A stretch of 64,000 bases of DNA from Hemiscyllium ocellatum (Eukaryota). Below, piece by piece: positions 38,313 through 48,275 of this stretch. The stretch's first letter is position 1; every line of letters begins with the position of its first letter. The DNA is taken from contig NC_083429.1 in the NCBI RefSeq assembly GCF_020745735.1, positions 25,277,877 through 25,341,876 on the forward strand. The letters are read 5' to 3'. A program made the translations under genes and the position numbers. The notes below the pieces were generated by a model. That model saw nothing but the letters and a program-made list of their open reading frames with translations, was not told the DNA's origin and did no database searches.

Positions 38313-39234
38313 TTAGATGGTTAGTACTGGTCAGCCTTTGGTGCCGATGGTGCTCTCCTGATTGACGTACAGCACAAATCTTATGCGGTTATCCTATTCC
38401 AACTTCCAATGATCTGTTCATTGAACAAGTGGAGAACACAGTGGTACAGCTGTAACAAGTGACTACAAATATTCAGCCAGAAAATGATCCTCAGGGCATG
38501 GGCCTGAATTTTCACTGAAAATTGCCAGTCATTGAGGTTTTCTGCTAGAAGCAAATTTGTGAAATTACTACTCATAAGCCAGTGACAAGACCCAGCTCTC
38601 CTCTTCAATAAGTATTATTGACAGTGGGAGTAAATTGAATTAAAATGGCACATATTCAAACGACTTACATCACTCAGGCACAGAATTGGGTAAATGTTTC
38701 TGATTTGCTTCCATTTTGTCATTAAATTCTCAACTCATTCAATGAGTATGTGGTTGAATTATAGGCCTTAGGAAGGACTTGCATTGCAATTCAATTAAGA
38801 GATCACTAATAACAGCTCAGCAATTCTGCAGAAAAGCACATGGATGGGAATGTAACACGTACAGGATTATGCACAACTTGCTACTGGATAGATAGGTTGA
38901 CAACATAATGCAGAAGTGGTTGTGATATCAAAAGTGGTGGGTGATAATGGGAGCTGAGACACCACCATTCACTAAGAAACAGTCTTCAAGTCTCTGATAC
39001 TGGCCTCAAGGGGAAGAGTGCAAACAAAGTGGAGTGGGCTGATGATGGAATGCTGGGTCCTGCAGAGGTGTCTGTGGAGAGCTAAGAAACCATGGCTGGA
39101 ACCAGTTGTGACAAGGGTGAGCCACCAAAAGATGAAAGAAATGATGCAGGAGGATAAAATGGTTGACGATCTTCAAGAGGTCAAATGAGACAAAGAAAGA
39201 GAATGACGACAGTCACAAAATACATCATTGAGTG

Positions 39235-39480
39235 GAAGCAGATACATGGGAACACCATCACCTTTAAGTTCCCCTCCAAAACATTCACCATCCTGACATG
39301 GAAATATATCGCTGTTCCTTCACTGTTGCTGGGTCGAAATCCTGGAATTCCTTCCTAATGGCATTGTGGGTCAATCTATAGCAGATGGACTGCAGTAGTT
39401 CAAAAAGGCGGTTTCACTCTCACCTTCTCAGGGGTAATGAGGGATGGGCAACAAATGCTGGCCCAGCATTTCTACATCTC
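39235..39480 (+). mobile_element. 3' end of the Zenon-like LINE family
   Basis: atggactgcagtagttcaaaaaggcgg..caccttctcagggg..gggcaacaaatgctggcc, an unamplified counterpart of the minisatellite source. Confidence 0.7.
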
Positions 39481-39509
39481 ACAAGATAATTTGAAAATTG
39501 CATCATACT

Positions 39510-41900
39510 ACAGATGCTTGAATTTTCATATGGAAATATGAGTTGATGGAGAAACCCAGCAGACCCAGCAACATCTATTGAGAGAGACACAGCTAATATT
39601 TTGAGTCTGATATGACTTCTTCAGAACTGACGAGTAGAGTAGCTTTTTATTTGTCATTTCTACCATATACAACTGATACAGTAAAAACGAGACAGCGTTT
39701 CTCCAGGACTGAGGGTGCTACATGGACAGCATAAACTATACAATCGTACACGGCATAAAGTGCATATGAAGTGCAAAACACTCAAGTTACAGTGTAATAG
39801 AAGAATGATAAATATTAGACATTTTTCTAGCAGCAATTCCAAGTCTTTGCAAAGAATTTCAGATGGGAAAGAATCTGAGCATACAGAGTTAAGGAGCCTG
39901 ATGGCCTGGGGGAAGAAACTGTTGCACAGTCTGGCTGCGAGAGACCAAATGCTCCAGTTTCTTCTACCAGATAGCAGGAGGGAGAAGAGTTTGAGTGAGG
40001 GGTGTGTGGGGTATTCCACAATGCACTTAGCCTTTTGGATGCAGCGTGTGGTGAAAATGTCTGTAATGGAGGAAAGAGGGACCCCGATAATGCTTTCAGC
40101 TGTCCTCATTATCTGTTGTAAGGTCTTACGATCCGAGACAGTGCAAATCCCGAACCAGGCAGTGATGCAGCAGCTCAGGGTACTCTCAATGAACCCTCTG
40201 TAGAATGTGGTGAGGAAGTGGGGTGAGAGTTGGGCTTTCCTCAGTCTGTGCAGAAGGTAGAGATGCTGCTGGACCTTTTTGGCTATGGAGCTGGTGTTGA
40301 GGATCCAGGTGCGATTCTCTGCCAGGTGTACGCCAAGAAATTTGGTGCTGTTCAAGATTTCCTTGATGTCCAGCAGAGGGTGGTCGCTCCCTACCCTCCT
40401 GAAGACAACAACCATCTCAGTCGTCTTGTCCATGTTCAGAGACAGGTGGTTGGCTCTGCACCAGTCCATTAGCCGCTGCACCTCCTCTTTGTATGCTGAC
40501 CAGTCATTCGTGCGGATGAGACCCACTACTGTCGTATCATCAATGAACTTGATGATGTGATTCCACCTGTGCATCACTACGCAGTTGTGTGTCAGCAGGT
40601 GAACAGCAGTAGACTAAGCACACAGCCCTCCCCCATGTTCAGTGTGATGGTGTTGGAGATGCTATTCCCAATCCGGACTGACTGAGGTACCCCAGTCAGG
40701 AAGTCCAGGTTCCAGTTACAAAAGGAGGTATTTATGCCCAGCAAACACAGCTTTCCAATCAGGTGCTGAGGAACACTAGTGTTAAATGCAGAATTGAAGT
40801 CTAAGAACCGTAGTTTTACCGTGACCTTTTTTTCCAGGTGGTTGAGGGTCAGATGGAAGATGGTGGAAATGGCATCATCTGTTGAGTGATTGCAAACTGT
40901 TGAGCAAACTGCAGGGTGGCCATTGAGGAGGGCAGCAGGGTCTTAAAATGCCTCATCATGAGCCTCTCGAAGCATTTCATGATGATGGGTGTTAGCGCAA
41001 TGGGGCGGTAGTCTTTGAGACAGGACACTGAAGATTTCTTCAGTGGATTGGGTTGGTGTGGGGTGCAATAGTAGCAGCCTTGAAGCACATTGGAGCTATG
41101 GCACAGCTCAAGGAGATGCTGAAGGTGTCCATGAGAACATCAGCCAGTACGTCAGAGCATCATCTGAGCACTCTGCCAAGGATGTTATCTAGTCTAGCAG
41201 CCTTATGTGGGTTGATACTGCAAAAGGGTTTACCTCACATCAGTCATGGCAAGACACAGCACCTGGTCATTGGGAAGGGGGTGGACTGCCTTGTCATTTC
41301 ATGCTTGAAGCCAAGCATAGAAGTTGTTCAATTCATCCGGGAGGGAGGCACTACCAGCACAAGTAAGCAATGCTGTTCTGTGGTTGGTGATGGCCTGGAT
41401 GCCCTTCCACATGTTCCGCATATCACTGCTGTCCTGAAAGTGGCTGCGTATTCCCTGTGCATATGCATGCTTTACTGCTTTGATGGCCCAGGTCTCATTG
41501 GCTCTCGCTGTTGTCCGGCCCACCTTGTCATCTGCTCTGAAGGCGGAATCACAGGGCCTCAGCAGAGCCCACACCTTTGCAGTCATCCATGGTTTCTGGT
41601 TGGGGTGAGAAGTGATGGCCTTAGACACAGTGACATCATCAATACACTTGCTAACGTAGCTAATCACCGATGCCGTGTACTCCTCTAAGTTGATGGATTT
41701 GCTATCAGTTGCCACCTCCCTGAACACATGCCAGTTAGTCCACTCAAAACAGTGTCGAAGAGACTGACCTGCTGGCCAGGTTTTCACCTGCTTCAGAACA
41801 GTTCACCTGTCATATCAGACCTGAAACAATAACTCTGTTTCTGTCTCTACAGATGCTGTCAGACTAGCTGAGTAACTGTAATATTTTCTGTTTTTATCTT
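39510..41900. mobile_element. Old Penelope-like pLTR palindrome split by the Rex LINE
   Basis: Arms 39510-39627 and 41800-41900 are diverged inverted copies (gagtctgatatgac / gtcatatcagacct) with hammerhead remnants. Confidence 0.6.
39628..41790 (-). mobile_element. Rex1/Babar LINE, 5'-truncated, degenerate RT
   Basis: [74 protein letters not shown]. (CTACT)n tail. TSD cttcagaac at 39619-39627 and 41791-41799. Confidence 0.92.
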
Positions 41901-42137
41901 GTTAAGTACATTGTCTAAAATAGTTCTGAAGCTGTGGACACAGACCTAATGTAAACAATGGGAAGTAACAGATGGAAATTTGGAAGTGCTGAACACAGAA
42001 ATAACAGAAAAAGCACGTTCAAGACTCTTGGTGAGAAAGATGAAGTTAGAGAAGGGATTGCAATTGGAAAATATTGAGCAGCGATGGTGATGTTAGTGGC
42101 TTTGACTCGGGGGAGTCATGCAGTTGTACAATAAATG

Positions 42138-42369
42138 TTAAAAAAAATCACACAACACCAGGTTATAGTCCAACAGGTTTTTTTGGAAGCATTAGCTTTC
42201 AGAGCGCTGCTCATTCATCAGGTTTTTGAACCACCTGATCACAACCACCTGATGAAGGAGCAACGCTCTCAAAAGCTAGTGCTTCCAAAAAAAACCTGTT
42301 GGACTATAACCTGGTGTGTGATTTTTTTTAACTTTGTACACCCCAATCCAACACCAGCATCTCCAAGTC
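42138..42369. mobile_element. Penelope-like pLTR palindrome (family B)
   Basis: Arms share acaccaggttatagtccaacagg / cctgttggactataacctggtgt. Hammerhead-like motifs on both strands (CTGATGA-A-GGAGC..GCTC-..AAA-GCTA). Possible diverged TSD gtacaataaatg / gtaaagtaaatg. Confidence 0.78.
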
Positions 42370-42457
42370 GTAAAGTAAATGATTTGTGATGCTCATAGAC
42401 ATTAAGGTGAGGAGAATTGGTTAAGAGGACAAGATGTTGAAACAAGTGCCTGCTTGT

Positions 42458-42589
42458 ATGACTGTTCTCGGCATGCTACAGTGTTCCAGTGAATCACAGC
42501 GCAAACTGCAGGAACAACATCTCATCTTCAGACTAACCTCTTTACAGCCTTCTGGACTTAGTATTGAACTCAACACCTTTAAATTGTGA
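42458..42589 (+). pseudogene. Penelope GIY-YIG endonuclease C-terminal fragment
   Basis: Manual translation MTVLGMLQCSSESQRKLQEQHLIFRLTSLQPSGLSIELNTFKL* matches the R..E..I..L.T..P.GLN C-terminal pattern of Penelope-like endonucleases. It is too short for the ORF track. Confidence 0.75.
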
Positions 42590-42915
42590 ACCATTTCCTT
42601 CCTTTCCTTTTGCTTGTTATCATGTCCTCCCCTCCCTCATCCCACTTACTGTCCTTTCACGTCTGGCAAGAGTCACACCATTGTTCTGCCATTCTCACAT
42701 TCTGATCACTTAATGTCAACTACTAACATCTTTTCTCCAGTCGCACCCTACACTCACTATCCCACCACCACCCTCACGAACTGTAACATAAATGCTGTCA
42801 ATCCACACTTCACGTCAGCACTCATGGAGAGATATCTAGACTCAAAATGTTGGTTTGCTCTGTCTCCATGGATACTGACTGACCCGCTGTGATCTCCAGT
42901 TTTTGTTGTTTTCAG
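42590..42915 (+). mobile_element. Penelope 3' UTR and pLTR with decayed hammerhead
   Basis: Pyrimidine-rich UTR, then ctcatggagagatatctagactcaaaatgtt and the gatactgactgacccgctgtgatctccag pLTR body. Confidence 0.65.
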
Positions 42916-43152
42916 TTGACAGTACAAGAGTTGGACAAGGAGAGATTTGGGACAGAAGGTTATCTCATCAGGAGGAGAAGAGTATGACGAAAGGCAGTAA
43001 AGGGACGGTAAAGAAGATTCAACGATATAAAAGACAGAAAGAGACAATGGGAGATAATGGAAGTCAAAGAAGGACTAAGAGAAGATGGCAGTCGAGGCAG
43101 TTACATACATGACCTTTATGGCATGGGTCTATGTGGGTGAAAAATAAACCAC

Positions 43153-43770
43153 AGATCTGCCCTGGCCAGATGCCTTGCCATTATTATGGCAATACGTGGC
43201 CAGGTAAGCCAGACCATGGGGCTCACCCCTTTCGAGGTCCTTATGGGAAGACTTGTGCCTACAGCAACCAGGCCCTTGAAACTCTCCACAGACACAGTGT
43301 TATCTTGACACAGGAGGCTCTACTGGATTATGTCCAAGCCCTCAGTAGGGTCAATAACCTTAATCATTAATTGGTAAAGGCCGCAATGCCCATACCCCAC
43401 CATGAGACTCTTCATCCATTCCAACCTGGGGACTATGTCGTGATCAAATCACTGGAAGAAGATTCTCTTTTACTGAGGTGGAAAGGCCCGTTCCTGGTGG
43501 CATTGGCTACCTCCTCCAAGGCGCTGGCTAGCTGCTAGGTTTCTACTTCCAATCGAATGGCTGCATAGGTGGGTGAAAAAATTGAGAGAATCTGATCAAG
43601 GGTGGTGTGGGCTCGCTTCCTGCCAGATGGTGGCTTCGTGAAGGGAGAGGATGGGGAATGACGTACAAATGGGACCACGTACCCAACATAGCAGCTCCCG
43701 GTCTGAGATAACAGTAACTGAAGGGAAATCCAATTGGATGCAAGGGACACGCTGCAAGTGAGCTCCGCCC
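43153..43770 (+). pseudogene. pol: Retroviral integrase C-terminal remnant
   Basis: LPWPDALPL..GLTPFEVLMGR, LLDYVQAL, HPFQPGDYVVIKSL..WKGPFLV, EGKSNW..CK. Frameshifted and interrupted by an inverted env segment. Confidence 0.85.
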
Positions 43771-43777
43771 CAAAAGG

Positions 43778-45302
43778 ATGACAACCAGGAAGCACAGCAA
43801 ACGACAGATCCGCACCCCGAGGGAAGCTCCAGCCGACCACCACAGCCATCATCATCTTTGTACTCATCCTGACTGGAACCGGGGGCATGCAGTGAGACAC
43901 CTTACCGTTCATGAGTTAGGTGTCAACACATTTCTCTATATGGCCTATGTGTATGGTCAGAGCATCAACCGGATAGCTGTTGGGTTTGCATTCATGTCAC
44001 CATGCATTCCCAAAGGGGCACTCCCCTGAGACCCATCCCCTTCAATGAATCGGACATGGCTGAACAGTGGCTGGAATGGGACAGATCCCTGAAGTAACCA
44101 CTCTCGGCCTACCACCACGAATGGGATGTTATGGGGGTAATTGTCCAGCCCGCTGGAAATCTGCAGGGTACCTGTTAAACAAATTTAAAGGATGGTTCTA
44201 CCCCTCATACAATCTTCCCCACGAACGCCCGGCCCTACTCCACACAGACATTATCAGACAGGGGCGTATCCATTGGATCGTCTGTCTCAAAAGCAGACAT
44301 CCACCTGGATGGAATACTGGCTGGAGCCAGTGCGCTAACTCTTTGCTCCTCACTCCAGCAGCAAGTCAGTCCACAGCAGAAGGTAGTATACTAAACCTTC
44401 ACATCCTCAACAGGACTAGTCAAAACCCCATTTTGACCACCGTCTGGACAGGACCCTGACTGATCGTCTGGGAACCTGTCATGGCAGTTATTTTATTTGC
44501 GGCCACAAAGCCTACTCTTGGTTACTGTTATCTCGGACCTGGAGCTGCTATGTTTGGTACGTGGTCCCATTTGTACATCATTCCCCATCCTCTCCCTTCA
44601 CGAAGCCACCATCTGGCAAGAAGCGAGCCCACACCACCCTTGACCAGATCCTCTCGATTTTTCACCCATCCATGCAGCCATTCGATTGGAAGTAGAAACC
44701 TAGCAGCTGGCCAGCACCTTGGAGGAGGTAGCCAATGCCAACATTCACAGCACTCGGCCAGCTGAATGCGGAAGCTGTTGTCATCCGTACTGTGGCCCTA
44801 CAAAATAGGATGACCCTGGATTATCTGCTGGCTGAGAAAGGGGGAACATGTACCCTCATTGGCTCCAATTGCTGCACTTACATACCTGACCCCAGTGGGA
44901 ACATCACTAACCTCACCCAACATATCCAATGGGCTGCCACTGTACTGCATGACCAAAAATCAAAATGGGTCTATGGAGCTGGGCAAGCTTCTGGCTGGGT
45001 TCCTGGGGCACAGCCTTGTTACAGAGACTCATAACCCCATTACTATCATTATCATTACCAGAGTTCTTGTCATGGCTAATAAAATGAGCTGTCTGCTTGT
45101 CCCCAGTGCTGCTACTCACCCCGTCCCCCTCACCACCCCACTAGCGAAGATCCCCTGGGATAATAACTTAGCCCCAGACACAGAATATGCAGCTTTGGAC
45201 TCGGACTTCGAATACTACCCCACTGATTCTGACTCTGCCCCACTGGATAACCTCCTCCCCCACCCCCTCGCCCCCCCCCAGCTCTGGCTACATTTTCCTT
45301 AG
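43778..45302 (+). pseudogene. env: Gamma-type envelope pseudogene
   Basis: SU CWVC motif at 43978-43989, basic SU/TM cleavage region (G[K/R]KR/AHT), immunosuppressive domain LQNRMTLDYLLAEKGG, CX6CC (CTLIGSNCC) at 44798-44875, hydrophobic TM remnant. Contains stops and frameshifts. Confidence 0.9.
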
Positions 45303-45349
45303 TCTCAAATCCGAACTCATCACTTCCCTGACCAAAAAAAAGGGGGAAT

Positions 45350-46191
45350 TGTGGGAGAAAAGTAGACCACTCTTCCTGCCATGTCTGCTCTTAGCTAAAT
45401 AGAGCCTACCCATAATACCTCAACTTGACCACAACCGGCCCAGGAAATAAGCAGCAAAACAAGACATTACCTAAACAGCTTCCAAGCTGAAGGAATACAC
45501 TCGGAGAAAGTGAGGACTGCAGATGCTGGAGATCAGAGCTTAAAAATGTGTTGCTGGAAAAGCGCAGCAGGTCAGGCAGCATCAATGGAACAGGAGAATC
45601 AACGTTTCAGGCATAAGGCCTTCCTGAACAAGAGTCTCCTGTTCCTTTGATGCTGCCTGACCTGCTGCGCTTTTCCAGCAGCACATTTTTAAGCTCTGAA
45701 GGAATACACTCCCTAGATGATCTAATAACAGACTTTCTACCTCACAATAGCATCACTGCTCCTGCAATCCCAAGGCCATCCCCAGTCTCCTCAGGTACTG
45801 AACCCCCTAGACTGAGTAGCACCCAGATACCTGACAAGAATGAACACCATCCTGCAGACCCACTGACACCAGTCTACTGGACATTAGCACCTGCTCTAGG
45901 AGAGGAACAGAACCACCAGTTACAATTATTACCTGATTGTTATTACTGGACAATTACTGTTTTCCATTAAATATAATTTAATTCATATTGTCTTGTAATT
46001 AACACTTCACTACTGTAACACTATAAGAACTGTCATGGAAGAGAATCCTTGACTTCACTGTGCAGTGTGTCCATTCTGTACCAGTCCTGTCACTTTCTCT
46101 TCCCCACAAAATCATGAGAAATAAACCAGTATTCGTTAATTTCACAAGATTTCTGTGCGGCCTGTATTTGTAAGCAGACAATTCTCTGACA
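45350..46191 (+). repeat. ERV 3' LTR
   Basis: Preceded by polypurine tract aaaaaaaagggggaa (45334-45348). Starts TG, TATAA near 46022, AATAAA 46120-46125, ends CA. Confidence 0.8.
45503..45695. mobile_element. Penelope-like pLTR palindrome (family A) inside the ERV LTR
   Basis: Exact 16-bp TSD ctgaaggaatacactc (45487-45502, 45696-45711). Confidence 0.85.
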
Positions 46192-46370
46192 GTTTATTAG
46201 CTCATTTCAGTGGCATTGCCATCAAATGTGAATGGTTCAACGGTAGCATGCAAGATGGGAGTTGGTTAGCTTAGTTAGCTGATGGCTGATTTGTAATGCA
46301 GAGTAATGTCAACAGCTTGGGTTTCACTCCTATCCAGCTGAGGTTGCCATGAAAGCCACCACCTGTTTTA

Positions 46371-46395
46371 TCTCTCTCTCTCTCTCTCTCTCTCT
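46371..46395. repeat. (CT)n microsatellite
   Basis: Direct observation. Confidence 0.95.
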
Positions 46396-46444
46396 AATGA
46401 GTGCAACCCTATGGTGACCTGACTGAAGTGTGAGAGCAGTTTTT

Positions 46445-47250
46445 TTTAATACTCTCTGTGAGACATGGGCACTGCTGACTGGCCAGCATTTTTATTGACC
46501 ATCCCTTGTTGTCTTTGAGAAGGTGGTGGTGAACTGGCTTTTTGAATCACTGAAGTCCATGTACTATAGATTGATCCACAATGCCATTACATAGGGAATT
46601 CCAGGATTTTGACCCAGTGACAGTGAAGGAACGGTGATATATTTCCAAATCAGGTTGGCGAGTGACTTGGAGGAGAACATACAGGTAGTGCTATATCTGC
46701 TATCCATGTTCTTCTAGATAGAAGTGGTCATGGGTTTGGAAGATGCTGTCTATGGATATTTGGTGAATTTCTGTAGTACATCTTCTAGATTGTACACATT
46801 ACTCCCCCTGTGAATCAGTGGTGGAGGGAGTGGACACTTGTGGATGCTTGTGGATGCAGAGTCAATCAAGGAGGCTCCTTTGTCCTGGATGGTGCCAAGC
46901 TTCTTGAGTGTTTTTGGAGCTGCACTCATCCAGGCAAGTGGGAGTATTCCATTACACACCTGTCTTATGTTTTGTAGATGGTGGACAGGCTTTGGGGAGT
47001 CAAGAGGTGAGTTACTCACTGTAGCATTCCTAGCCTCTGACCTGTGCCTGTAGCCACTGCGTTTATATGATGGGTCGAGTTGAGTTTCTAGTCAATGGTA
47101 ACTCCCATGATGCTGATAGTGGGGATTTCAGTGATTGTAACACAATTGAATGTTAAGGGCTGATGGTTAGATTGTCTCTTATTGGAGATGATCATAGCCT
47201 AGGCATTCGTGTGCAGCAAATGTTACTTGCCACTTTTCGGCCTAAGCTGG
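46445..47250 (-). mobile_element. Zenon-like LINE 3' fragment
   Basis: PLAWMSAAPKTLKKLGTIQDKGASLI and the family 3' UTR. Confidence 0.8.
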
Positions 47251-47967
47251 TTATTGATTATTGAGGGTAGTGCATTGTGTTCATTTTGTCAAGGTTGAAT
47301 TGAAACAGTAGAAAGATTCTTCTATGGAAGGGGCCTTGCATTATTCTTGTGTTCTAAAGCCTCTCCACCCATCATTTTAATAAATCTACCACTTTGACTC
47401 AACTTTTGGTTACCTACCTCTAATATCTATATGTGGCTAGGTGTCAAATTTGGTCTGAAAATGCCCCTCCCTTTAAACCTTTTTAGATCGTGTTAAAGTC
47501 ACTATCTAAATGTAATTTACCAAAAATGTTGATATTGCCTAACTGTATCCGGCAATGGACAGACAGGCTACTGATGTATCGAGTGCATGTGTTTCTTGTT
47601 TATAGGTCTAAGGTGGCAACTATACAAAGAAAACATCAAGGTGTGGGAAACTGTATATGACTGTGGGAGGAATGAGGACATCAAGGCATCAAAGCAAAGG
47701 CAGCTGTTGAGTGAGTTAATAGTGGCCACAATGCTTTAATGAATGGGATGTTAGAGGAAATTGTTTTGAGAGACTGTGCTGGTGAGATAGTCAATTGGAA
47801 GATTTTATATGGAGCAATGAATGAAGTTAATGAGAGGGAAGATTGGAAGAAAAGTGTAGACAGAGGAGTGGGAAGAGTTAGGTGGGGCATGGGGAAGAGT
47901 CAGAGAGATTTATTCTGAATGACCTAACTGAGAGGAAAGTTTGACCACATAACACAGCTGAGGCTCA

Positions 47968-48275
47968 GTGTAGGCATGGTGGCTCAGTGGTTAGCACTGC
48001 TGCCTCACAGCACCAGGCACTCAGGTTCGATTCCAGCCTCAGGTGACTGTCTGTGTGGAGTTTGCACATTCCCCCTGTATCTGTGTGGGTTACCTCTGGG
48101 TGCTCTGGTTTCCTCCCACATTCCAAAGATGTGCAGGTCAGGTGAATTGGCCATGCTAAGTTGCCCATAGTGGAAAATGCATTAGTCAGAGGGAAATAGT
48201 GGATTACTCTTTGGAAGGTTGATGTGGATTTATTGGTCCAAAGGGCCTGGTTCCACACTGTAGGGCAATCTAATC
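47968..48275 (+). mobile_element. HE1-type SINE
   Basis: A box tggctcagtgg, B box ggttcgattcc, core, aatctaatc tail. Confidence 0.9.

Larger units (their letters stand above)
43132..46191 (+). mobile_element. Internally deleted endogenous retrovirus with gamma-type env
   Basis: Starts tgtgggtgaaaaataaaccac, matching the 3' LTR start at 18/21. Then integrase C-terminus, env, polypurine tract and 3' LTR. Flanked by gtcta/gttta (5-bp TSD, one mismatch). Confidence 0.85.

Noticed and set aside
39660-40577. 305-aa ORF as a host gene
   Set aside because: It is the RT C-terminal half of a Rex1/Babar LINE with a degenerate catalytic motif (KFIDD) and frameshifted upstream parts.
43778-45302. Domesticated syncytin-like env
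   Set aside because: Multiple frameshifts and an in-frame stop before the ISD, so there is no intact ORF.
47968-48040. tRNA genes
   Set aside because: The A/B boxes belong to SINE heads that continue into SINE core and tail, with no complete cloverleaf.
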